Origin: Bdellovibrionales bacterium
Lineage (GTDB): Bacteria; Bdellovibrionota; Bdellovibrionia; Bdellovibrionales; UBA1609
Length of the DNA: 64,000 nucleotides
Reading direction: 5' to 3'
Assembly (NCBI GenBank): GCA_019637855.1
Contig: JAHBUX010000001.1
Coordinates: forward strand, 16,754 to 80,753
Shown here piece after piece: positions 29,851-38,343 of the stretch (its first letter is position 1; each line of letters begins with the position of its first letter). The notes under the pieces were generated by a model. The model saw only the letters and a program-made list of their open reading frames with translations. It was not told the origin of the DNA and searched no databases. The translations under genes and the position numbers were made by a program.

Positions 29851-31089
29851 ATGCAGCGACTGTTACTAATGGCCGGCATCGCGGGCCTTATCATGCTGGG
29901 ACTTTATTTTGCCGCGAGCAAACCCGTCGCGCCCGCGCCCCCACCCGCAGCTTCTCCGCGACCACAAGCCCCGCCGCCATCACCGCCACCTGCGCCCGTC
30001 GCGGCCCACATCCCCCCCCGAACCGTCCCCGTACCGGCACCCGTTTTCACGCCACCACCGCAATCACTAAAAAACCAATATCTACGCTCTGGAAAGTTGA
30101 AGCTTGAACTCACACGCTTATTTCAGAATCGCCGCTTCACGGGAAAGAATCCTGAAATGAATCTGCAAATGGCGGCGCAAAACAGAGCGGCAAATGACAA
30201 AATGGTTCTGCCGTCCAATCTGCCTCTGCGCTATGAGCTCCTGGCGAAATGCGAGCAGGCACCCAAGAATGTAGAGTTGTCGCGACAGGAGCAACGTTGG
30301 ATTAAAATCATGCCTGTCTTCGTCAATGTGAAACTGGTCAGCGACACCACGGTTGGAATTTTAGCGGCGCAGATATCACGCGAGCCCTGCGTGCGCGAAG
30401 TCACCAGCGAGCACCCCAATACGATTGTACAACCGCAGCAGTTCGCCAATGACTATCGTCGTATCGCTGACGACGCCGTCAGCAAAGTACGCGCTAAGGG
30501 CAAAGCGCCGCGCGTGCAGTATGTAGGCACCCTGGCTTCACTGCTCAAAGTCGATCCCATATTGGCAGATGAAAATCCGAAAACCACGAAACTAATGGAG
30601 ACCCCTGGGGTCTACACGATGATCAGCGGTCAGGCTGTCCCCGTCTTAAGACGCGCCGTTCAGATCAAAGCCCGCTCGCGCGACGGAAAAGTCACCGACT
30701 CAGCAGTGAGCATGGGAATCGTGCGCAGTGTGAATAACAAAGCCGATTTGATCGTCCTCGATATTCAAAACTACGATCCTGAAGACCATGAGTCTGCACT
30801 TGCATATGCCGCGAAGGCCGGAGCTGTCGTAGTCAACAACGTGCCCTTCCCCGTTGCTGCTCCTGGTGTGAAGAGCAATGGTACCGGCTCGGCCCTGGCC
30901 TCCCCCGCCAAGAAATCGCTTCTCGATCGCAGCAAGGTTAGCGGCGCGAAAAACGGCGAGCGCGGCGACCGGGTCGGCCGTAAAGGTCGCGGCAAGGGCG
31001 GTGGTGCCAACACCGGAACCGGCCAAGGCAATGGCGGGAAAGGCAAACGCCGCGGCGGTGCCGGCAACAACGGAAAATCTAAATCCTAA
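29851..31089 (+). CDS. Membrane-anchored Pro-rich protein with degenerate subtilase-like region
   Basis: N-terminal TM, Pro-rich linker, segment resembling the S8 core strands/helices, Gly/Lys-rich tail. Confidence 0.65.
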   Translation: MQRLLLMAGIAGLIMLGLYFAASKPVAPAPPPAASPRPQAPPPSPPPAPVAAHIPPRTVPVPAPVFTPPPQSLKNQYLRSGKLKLELTRLFQNRRFTGKNPEMNLQMAAQNRAANDKMVLPSNLPLRYELLAKCEQAPKNVELSRQEQRWIKIMPVFVNVKLVSDTTVGILAAQISREPCVREVTSEHPNTIVQPQQFANDYRRIADDAVSKVRAKGKAPRVQYVGTLASLLKVDPILADENPKTTKLMETPGVYTMISGQAVPVLRRAVQIKARSRDGKVTDSAVSMGIVRSVNNKADLIVLDIQNYDPEDHESALAYAAKAGAVVVNNVPFPVAAPGVKSNGTGSALASPAKKSLLDRSKVSGAKNGERGDRVGRKGRGKGGGANTGTGQGNGGKGKRRGGAGNNGKSKS

Positions 31090-31416
31090 CTATTTCTTTT
31101 TGCTCGTCGAACCTGGCGCGCGCTGGTTCGACGTGGGCTTCACACCCGTAGGATAGCCGGCCGTGCTAATGCGATTGGCGGCCTCTTCCAACTGATCTCG
31201 CGTAATGGCGTATTTGTCCTGCACTGTAGAGAGAGCTTCGCGATGGAGTTTACCCTCGTTGCGTAAACGTAAATACTCAACCACAGCTTTATCGGATGCG
31301 CTGGAAGGCTGGGCCATAGACGGCAAAGAAGCCAAAACCGAAGCGACGGCGAGGAAGATCAAAAAGCCTTTAATGAGTTTCATACGCATCCCCTTCTCTG
31401 GCTCATCCGTAGACAC
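31090..31416 (-). CDS. Small secreted hypothetical protein
   Basis: Signal peptide-like MKLIKGFLIFLAVASVLASLPSMA; start uncertain. Confidence 0.55.
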   Translation of the reverse strand: MSTDEPEKGMRMKLIKGFLIFLAVASVLASLPSMAQPSSASDKAVVEYLRLRNEGKLHREALSTVQDKYAITRDQLEEAANRISTAGYPTGVKPTSNQRAPGSTSKKK

Positions 31417-31505
31417 ATGCCTGCTGCCTTAACAGTGAGTTCCGCCTCGAAGCTTCTCGAGTAGATAGCTTTAGACTTCTGCAACTGATGGACCAGAGGG
31501 GTGTC

Positions 31506-31994
31506 TCAGTTTGAGATTTTTTTCGGAGCGATAACGTTTAGTTTGCCCGACATCACGGGTTTACCCTTCGCGTTCAACGCCGCCGCATCGAAGGTCAAAT
31601 CGTAGCTGCCATTGCCCTTGCGCCGTTCCGCTGCGACTGTCACTTGAATCGAAAGCTCATCGCCGATCAATACCGGCGCGCTAAACTTCCATTCGGAGAC
31701 GCCCGTAAAGATCGTACCCGGACCGGGAAAACCAGCACCTAAGAGTGTCGAGAAAAAATTGAACGACAACATGCCATGGGCAATGCGCGCTCCAAAGATG
31801 CTAGCCTTAGCGGCGTTCTCATCCAGGTGGATGGGATTGCGGTCACCGTATTGATCCGCATATTCACGCACCAAAATATCACTAATGACCACCTTCATCT
31901 GGGCACGATCGCCCACTGAATAGGCGTCGGGCGCCTGCAACTGCATCTCTATGTGAGTCGTTTGGCCACCATAGTTCAACTCTACCGTTTTCAT
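31506..31994 (-). CDS. MaoC family (R)-hydratase / dehydratase
   Basis: GDRNPIH, IAHGML, FPGPGTIF, FSAPV. Confidence 0.9.
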   Translation of the reverse strand: MKTVELNYGGQTTHIEMQLQAPDAYSVGDRAQMKVVISDILVREYADQYGDRNPIHLDENAAKASIFGARIAHGMLSFNFFSTLLGAGFPGPGTIFTGVSEWKFSAPVLIGDELSIQVTVAAERRKGNGSYDLTFDAAALNAKGKPVMSGKLNVIAPKKISN

Positions 31995-32006
31995 CTTGCC
32001 GCTCCT

Positions 32007-32381
32007 CTAAGCATTTCGTCGCGTGAATACAAACAGCATCATGGCCGCCATAAATATCAAGAAGGATATCTTACCGGCGAGCGGAATTGCTTCCATCATA
32101 AAAATCATCACACAGGACCCACTCATCATAATACCAGCAATGATCTTATAACGCGGGCGAATAGCGCGATTCCTGCGCCAATCCAAAATAGGCGGGCCAA
32201 ACAGCGGATGATTCAATATCCAAGTGTGAAAGCGCGGCGAACCTTTGCTAAAGCAAGCAGCAGCCAAAATCATAAACGGAGTGGTAGGCAACAGAGGTAA
32301 GAAAATGCCAAGAATTCCCAGCGCGAACGACAGCCAACCGATGCTCATATAAAAATAGGATTTGAAGTTCTCGCCGCTCAC
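32007..32381 (-). CDS. ybaN: YbaN (DUF454) membrane protein
   Basis: GIFLPLLPTTPF...CFSKGSPRFH.W...HPLFGP. Confidence 0.9.
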   Translation of the reverse strand: MSGENFKSYFYMSIGWLSFALGILGIFLPLLPTTPFMILAAACFSKGSPRFHTWILNHPLFGPPILDWRRNRAIRPRYKIIAGIMMSGSCVMIFMMEAIPLAGKISFLIFMAAMMLFVFTRRNA

Positions 32382-32428
32382 TCTTTCTCCCTTGCCCTTG
32401 AGTAACAGGACTGGGGTAACATAGGCAA

Positions 32429-33412
32429 ATGATCCTACGCACCGTCTTCGTACTGGTTTTCATTGGCAGCTGGGCGCACGCTCAAACCCCACAGCCGCAA
32501 CGCCCTGGTGGCTCAGCGCTCTTGAGCAGCCTCGGTGCAGGCCTCGGCCTGGCCGGTTCAGAAAAATCCGTAATTGTCTACGGAGGCGGCGAAACTCCGG
32601 AGCGCGATCCATCGGGACTGCGTCAGCATCGTTTGAATATCTCGACTCCACTGTACAAGGGCGAGAACAACACGCTCGCGGTTTCACTAGGGGGCGGGAT
32701 GTTGCATCTCGATCGACCCGTCGTACTCGAAGATTCCAACACCATGGTTCCTTCAGATTTTTACCGCACTGAATTGGGTATGCAATTCAATCACCGAATG
32801 GAGGGCGACAGACAATGGGGTTTACGCCTTTCCGCCGGTTACGCCAATGACAAGCCGTTCAATGGCTCGCGTGACACCACGTTCACTCTCGCCGGCACCT
32901 ACTCCTATCCAGGGAATGAGTCGAGCTACTGGGTACTCACAATATTCGCCTCCAATAGCAGCTCCTTTTTGCCCAACTATGTTCCCATTCCGGGATTTCT
33001 ATATCTTTATCGCGGCGAAAAATTCTCCGGCATGTTCGGCCTGCCGATATCCGTTATTCAATGGCGGCCAGTAGAGCCGTGGACCGTGGCGTTCTCTCTG
33101 TTCGGCGCTAACGTCAGCAGCGACTTGATTTACGGTCGTACCATTCAGACTTACGCCGGTGCGGGACTTGCACACCAGTCCTACATGCGGGCCGCGCGCG
33201 AAAACGACAAGGATCGCATTTACTTCACAGAAAAGAAAGTGTACGTCGGCATGCGCTCACCCATGTTTCTACCCATTGGCGCCGACCTACAGGTGGGACA
33301 ATCTTTCGAGCGTACCGTACAAGAAAGCACGAGCGCTTTTAAATCCGAGCGCGGCAAGAAGAGCCTCGGCTCCTCTTGGTATCTGACATGGAATCTACGC
33401 TACATATTCTGA
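32429..33412 (+). CDS. Outer-membrane beta-barrel protein (DUF6268-like)
   Basis: Signal peptide ending AHA, beta-strand periodicity, C-terminal LRYIF. Confidence 0.7.
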   Translation: MILRTVFVLVFIGSWAHAQTPQPQRPGGSALLSSLGAGLGLAGSEKSVIVYGGGETPERDPSGLRQHRLNISTPLYKGENNTLAVSLGGGMLHLDRPVVLEDSNTMVPSDFYRTELGMQFNHRMEGDRQWGLRLSAGYANDKPFNGSRDTTFTLAGTYSYPGNESSYWVLTIFASNSSSFLPNYVPIPGFLYLYRGEKFSGMFGLPISVIQWRPVEPWTVAFSLFGANVSSDLIYGRTIQTYAGAGLAHQSYMRAARENDKDRIYFTEKKVYVGMRSPMFLPIGADLQVGQSFERTVQESTSAFKSERGKKSLGSSWYLTWNLRYIF

Positions 33413-33858
33413 AACAGTGACGAACAGGCCTTGCCCGTAGCGAGGTCGGTTAGCTCGTGCAGGTCTTTGCACGTAGGCTGATAGATTTCATCGATGCACT
33501 CAAGCGTCGCGGCAGGCGTAGGCTGCAGCCAATGATTGGCACCGTCATCGTAAGCTTGGCCGAGCGTCACACCCACTGGCAAGCCAAAGGCCTGACCCAA
33601 CATCGGGTGATTGCGCACGTCCTCCTCGCAAGTCGCCGTATCCGTTAAAAATCCGCACTGCAAAGCCCGTTGGCAAAGCGGAATAACAACCGTCGGCACG
33701 GGCGCCAAAGTCGCAAATGCGTTGCCCGTGTCCGTGCCTTGAACTTTGTCCGCGTGACCGGGTTGTTTACCCATCATCTTTGCCGAACAGTTTTGAAAAC
33801 TGACCACAATTAGTAAAGCGGTCACAAGGCCCATGATTTTTAATAAACCGGATCTCAT
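33400..33858 (-). CDS. Cys-rich lipoprotein (FQNC lipobox, GTDTGN motif)
   Basis: VVSFQNCS lipobox; ATGA overlap with the upstream TIGR02147 C-terminal fragment. Confidence 0.75.
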   Translation of the reverse strand: MRSGLLKIMGLVTALLIVVSFQNCSAKMMGKQPGHADKVQGTDTGNAFATLAPVPTVVIPLCQRALQCGFLTDTATCEEDVRNHPMLGQAFGLPVGVTLGQAYDDGANHWLQPTPAATLECIDEIYQPTCKDLHELTDLATGKACSSLFQNM

Positions 33859-34732
33859 GCGGCCTCGCTTTCGTCTTTCTCAGGAGTCAAAAATGCAGTC
33901 AAAGGAAAGGCTTGAAAGTTGATCTGATAAACCGCTTGCGCTCCGCCTTTGTCCTCTTGGGCGACCGTCAGTAGAGAGCGGCGAAACTCTTGAATCATGC
34001 CTTCAATTTTTGAAAGGTCTCTTCCGAAACGAGAAGGGTCGAGGCCGAAACCTCACGTTCGAATCTCTTAAATCTATCGATGGATGTGCTTCCCATCTCG
34101 ATCATCTGGCGATGAAAGGCAGCAACAGCGCCAGAATCAACCTCGTGTCCCGTAGTGATATTTGTCTCGCGCTGGCGCGCCCGTCCTTTGCTGTCGCGCT
34201 CAAGCAGTCCGAGCTTGAAGAGATTATCTAGCGCCGCTTGGATAGCCTCAACATCAGGAGCGCCATACAGCTGCTTGGCGATCCAAGTCGCATCCTCTTT
34301 AAAGGCCGGTGAGGCGACCATCTCGCGAATCGCGATTGCAAACCAGTTGGCGTAAATATCGTGCTGAGCAACCTTCAGTGGATACAGGCGGCGAAAGGTC
34401 TCAATACGAAAAAGGTCGGCCGCGTGCTTGGCGCGCTCATGGGCTGTTTTGGCCTGGTTCACCAGCACTAAGCCATTGAAGAACTGCGTCTGTTCTTCAT
34501 TTAATCGGAAAGCGCGCGCCACCTTGGCACTGCTGCGCGGGGTGAGGTTGCGTTTGCCGTCGATCACCAGCTTCAAAATATTGGGCGACTTGAACCCCGC
34601 CAACTCAGAAAAGCGGCGATAGGAGAAATCCATGCTTGTCTTCTTATGATGTTGGTAAAGCGCTTTCAGGAACTCGCGGTAGTCCGCAAATCCGAACACA
34701 TCGGGAGCGCTGGGTAGATGGTCTCGGCTCAT
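33855..34732 (-). pseudogene. TIGR02147/DUF4423 regulator, frameshifted or split (33995..34732 and 33855..33998)
   Basis: N-part has FADYREFL, FSYRRFS..AGFKSPN and W..IAIRE, ending KLKA*. The family C-terminus MIQEFRR...VYQINFQAFPLT continues in the -1 frame from 33998. Confidence 0.8.
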
Positions 34733-34982
34733 ATGAAAAGTCTAAGGTCAGGCGTATTCTGCGGCCACTGAAAAAACGCATTCGTCTCGAAACGAAACGC
34801 GAAAGCCACTGATATGACTGGGAAAATCAAACATACCCTGTATACCGGCGGTCTACGTGTGATCTTCCAATTGCTAACATACGCTGAATAAGATTTGGCC
34901 GCCTACCCCCCACTATATCGCCAGCCAAGGTGGAGCAGGCATTGCTCTTGTCAAAGGCCGTAGTGTCTTGAAGGGGAATCTC

Positions 34983-36026
34983 ATGACAACAAATATAAAT
35001 ATTAAGACAATCAGCAAGCTCACAACGATGGCGTTGTTTGGCCTACTGACGACCATGGCTTTTCAAAACTGTTCGAGTGCCAAATCCAGCGAAGGTGGTG
35101 GCGATAACGGCAGCCAGAACGCCAGCGACTATATTAAAATAACGTCGCAACCGCCCGATCAAACGGTCAACAAGGGTTCGAACTACACACTGACCGTGGT
35201 TGCCCACTCGGTCGAAGGTAAAACCTTAAGCTATCAGTGGCGCAAAGACGGAGTGAATATCACAGGCGGCACGGCCGCGTCCGTCATCATCGCCGATGCC
35301 AAGATGAACTATGAGGGCAATTACACCGTGGTTATCTCGGACGGCAGACTTTCGGTCACCTCGCAGCCTGCCTATATCGATATCGTCGACACAGGCAGCG
35401 TCGGAACTATCACGATCACTAAGCAACCTGCAGCGCTCTCGGTGGAAGCCGGTGATATCGTATTGCTCGACGTGACTGCCACGGACTCAGCCGGCAAAAC
35501 TCTCACTTACCAGTGGTACCGCAATACGGTTGCCATCGCGGGGGCGACTAGCAACGTGCTGCTCATCTCGCCGGCGGCAGTGGCCGATGCCGGCAACTAT
35601 TATGTGAAGGTGAAGAACGGAACCGATGAGCTGAACTCATCTGTGGTTTTGGTCGAAGTCAGCGCTCCTTGCGCCGGGACTGTCTACAATGGCCATTGCT
35701 ACGTGGTTATCGCCACGACGGGCAACTTCGCTTACGCCAACAACCGTTGTATCGCTGAGGGCGGTTACCTTGCGAAAATCACCACTGCAGCGGAAAACAC
35801 CTTTGTCAAAAATCTCAGCAACGGCGCCGTTTATATCGGTGCCACCGACACCGCGATCGAAGGATTGTTCCAGTGGCGCGATGCCAGCGTCTTGTCTTAC
35901 ACCAACTGGCAAGCGGGCAAACCTGACAACGCCAACAATTCAGACTGCGTCGAGATGTTGAGCAGCGGCCAATGGGCCGATCTACGCTGCGACACCAATC
36001 GCCGCGCCATTTGCGAAATTGAATAA
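34983..36026 (+). CDS. Lipoprotein with two Ig-like domains and a C-terminal C-type lectin domain
   Basis: MAFQNCS lipobox; two ITxQP...YQWxxxG...GNY repeats; CTLD motifs GHCY, C...GGYLAKI, YIG, YTNW, PDN...DC, QWADLRC. Confidence 0.88.
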   Translation: MTTNINIKTISKLTTMALFGLLTTMAFQNCSSAKSSEGGGDNGSQNASDYIKITSQPPDQTVNKGSNYTLTVVAHSVEGKTLSYQWRKDGVNITGGTAASVIIADAKMNYEGNYTVVISDGRLSVTSQPAYIDIVDTGSVGTITITKQPAALSVEAGDIVLLDVTATDSAGKTLTYQWYRNTVAIAGATSNVLLISPAAVADAGNYYVKVKNGTDELNSSVVLVEVSAPCAGTVYNGHCYVVIATTGNFAYANNRCIAEGGYLAKITTAAENTFVKNLSNGAVYIGATDTAIEGLFQWRDASVLSYTNWQAGKPDNANNSDCVEMLSSGQWADLRCDTNRRAICEIE

Positions 36027-36033
36027 CGGGGAG

Positions 36034-36087
36034 AGCGGGTACTGGCGGTCTTGATTCCCCTACCACCTGGGATCGCCGGTACCTGCT
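36034..36087 (+). terminator. 19-bp RNA hairpin 3' of the lectin gene
   Basis: 36034-36052 pairs with 36069-36087 using 5 G-U pairs (plus-strand specific); 16-nt C-rich loop. Confidence 0.5.
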
Positions 36088-36091
36088 AGCT

Positions 36092-36661
36092 CTAGGATTT
36101 CAACTCTAGACCTGAATCCTTAAGCTCACCTTGAAGGCCCCACACACGAGCCAACAGGCGCGGAGCATGCGACGCCAGATACGCATACGCCATAAACTTA
36201 AGCATACGGCCCGCCACGATCACCAAAGCCAGTTGTCCCATCGGTGCATTCGACAGGCTAGCCAGAATCAGCGCCGGCTGCTGCACAATCGGGCTCGCCA
36301 TCACGGCGAACACCACAAGCAAGCCGTAGCTATCGAAAAACTGCTGCGTCACCAGCCATGGCCCGGTCTCATCGAGGCCAGGATAGAACTGCAATACCAA
36401 GGGTAAGCCATGCATTTTCACCAAGGCCACCAGAATCAATCCACCGATCGTCGAGCCGATGGCCACGCTCAAACCGAGCAAAATCCAGCGGCGGGTGGTC
36501 AGCATCGTGCTGGAGATTAAAATTCCGTCGGTAGGAATCACCAACACCAGATTGTCTAGTGCGGCCAAAACCCCGATCAGGGGCGCATACCAAATGCGAT
36601 TTACAAAACGTTGCAGCCATAGAACAGAGGCGCGAATCTTCTCATGAAAACGTGCGATCAT
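36092..36661 (-). CDS. YqaA/DedA (VTT) family membrane protein
   Basis: Hydrophobic; IPTDGIL, GSTIGG, GRMLKF motifs. Confidence 0.75.
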   Translation of the reverse strand: MIARFHEKIRASVLWLQRFVNRIWYAPLIGVLAALDNLVLVIPTDGILISSTMLTTRRWILLGLSVAIGSTIGGLILVALVKMHGLPLVLQFYPGLDETGPWLVTQQFFDSYGLLVVFAVMASPIVQQPALILASLSNAPMGQLALVIVAGRMLKFMAYAYLASHAPRLLARVWGLQGELKDSGLELKS

Positions 36662-36819
36662 ATGACGACGTTGAAGAAGAATGGCGGCGAAGTCAAATCA
36701 CCCTTGGGTCGAGTCCTAATGCCCCCGTCCAAATCCACGACGCTACAGTAATTAGTACAACGCCCATAGCGAAAGCGAATTTATGTGATATATCCGTCGC
36801 CTACAGGAAAGAGGCCCCT

Positions 36820-38343
36820 TTGGATACGTTCGATCAACTGACCTTACACCCCGCTCTACAACGCGCCATAAAAGATCTTGGCTACGAAAAACCCTCCGCG
36901 ATTCAGGCACAAGCTCTGCCGATTTTATTGGGAGCAAAAACAGATTTTATCGGTCTGGCTGCCACAGGGACAGGCAAGACCGCTGCCTTCTCTCTGCCAC
37001 TGCTGCAAACCATCGATCCGCACAAGCGCAGTGTGCAAGCTCTTATTTTGTGCCCCACGCGAGAGCTGTCGTTGCAAGTGGCCGGTCAAGTGGATCTGCT
37101 GGGCAAACATTTAGGGGTGCGGGCTTTGCCGATTTATGGTGGCTCAGGTTACGACGATCAGCTGCGCGGCCTTAAAAAAGGCGTACCGGTCGTAGTGGGC
37201 ACTCCGGGTCGTGTGATCGATCATATGGAGCGCGGAACTTTGCGCCTCGATCAAGTACGCACCGTCGTTTTGGACGAGGCCGACGAAATGATCTCTATGG
37301 GTTTCCGTGAAGCGATGGAAACTATTCTGCGCGAAGTGCCGCGTGAACAAAGCAACACCTGGCTGTTCTCGGCCACCATGAGCGGAGCCGTTCGCCGCGT
37401 GGCGGATGAGTTCCTGCGCGGTCCGAAGAGCGTGCAAGTGAATCGCACGGAAATGCTGGCTTCGGGGATCGAGCAGTATTTCTACATGACTCAGGAGAAA
37501 AACAAACCTGAAGTTCTCTGCAAATTGATTGAAGCGGCTGAAGATTTTTATGGCGTTGTGTTTTGCCAAACAAAAAATCTCGTTGTGGATCTGACCCGCT
37601 ATTTGTCCGAGCGTGGCTACAAAGCCGACTCTCTGCATGGAGATATGAGCCAAAGCGCGCGCGAATCCGCGATGCTCGCTTTCCGTGAGCGCCGTGTGCG
37701 CGTTCTCGTATGTACCGATGTGGCGTCACGCGGCCTGGACGTCAAAGACATCACGCACGTGGTGAACTACTCTATCCCGCGCGAGCTCGACTCTTACGTT
37801 CACCGCATTGGCCGCACGGCCCGCAGCGGTAAAACCGGTATCGCTATGAGTTTGGTCACCCCGAGCCACCGCCATTTGATCTCTAAGATTGAACGCATGA
37901 CTGGAAGCCGCTTGAACGAAGGCACTATCCCGACTCGCAAGGCGATTGGCTTAAAAAAGATCTCTCAACTGCTGGGCCCGTTTAACGATCAAACAGGACA
38001 AGAACGCGCTCGCGAGTTGATGGGCGATGCGTGGAAGACCGCCGTCACCGACATGAGTGCCGAAGATGTCGCGGCGCGCTTTCTTTCGCTGATGTTCCCC
38101 TACGTTTTTGCTGAAAAGGCCCAGCCGACGATGAATCGTCAAAAGGCGGAGGCAACGGCCGCGGCCGACTCGCGCCCGCCACGACGGCATGAACGCGGCG
38201 AGCGCAGCAATGATAGCAAAGTCGAACGACGGGATGAAAAGCGTCGCGCCAAACGCGACTTTCACAAGAAATTCAGCAAAGGCTTTCACAAAGGGCCGCG
38301 TAAGAATATGGGAGGCGATGCGCCTCCCCGCCGTCGTCCTTAG
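36820..38343 (+). CDS. DEAD-box RNA helicase
   Basis: ATGTGKT, PTREL, TPGR, DEAD, SAT, SRGLD, HRIGRTAR; basic tail. TTG start at 36820 inferred. Confidence 0.95.
   Translation: MDTFDQLTLHPALQRAIKDLGYEKPSAIQAQALPILLGAKTDFIGLAATGTGKTAAFSLPLLQTIDPHKRSVQALILCPTRELSLQVAGQVDLLGKHLGVRALPIYGGSGYDDQLRGLKKGVPVVVGTPGRVIDHMERGTLRLDQVRTVVLDEADEMISMGFREAMETILREVPREQSNTWLFSATMSGAVRRVADEFLRGPKSVQVNRTEMLASGIEQYFYMTQEKNKPEVLCKLIEAAEDFYGVVFCQTKNLVVDLTRYLSERGYKADSLHGDMSQSARESAMLAFRERRVRVLVCTDVASRGLDVKDITHVVNYSIPRELDSYVHRIGRTARSGKTGIAMSLVTPSHRHLISKIERMTGSRLNEGTIPTRKAIGLKKISQLLGPFNDQTGQERARELMGDAWKTAVTDMSAEDVAARFLSLMFPYVFAEKAQPTMNRQKAEATAAADSRPPRRHERGERSNDSKVERRDEKRRAKRDFHKKFSKGFHKGPRKNMGGDAPPRRRP

Noticed and set aside
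29565-29894. 109-aa minus-strand ORF spanning the kinase promoter region
   Set aside because: It overlaps both flanking genes, has no RBS or motif, and is more plausibly non-coding.
34937-34952. Sigma-54-like AGGCATTGCTCTTGTC upstream of the lectin gene
   Set aside because: Spacing is right but the near-invariant -12 GC is GT; not listed as a feature.
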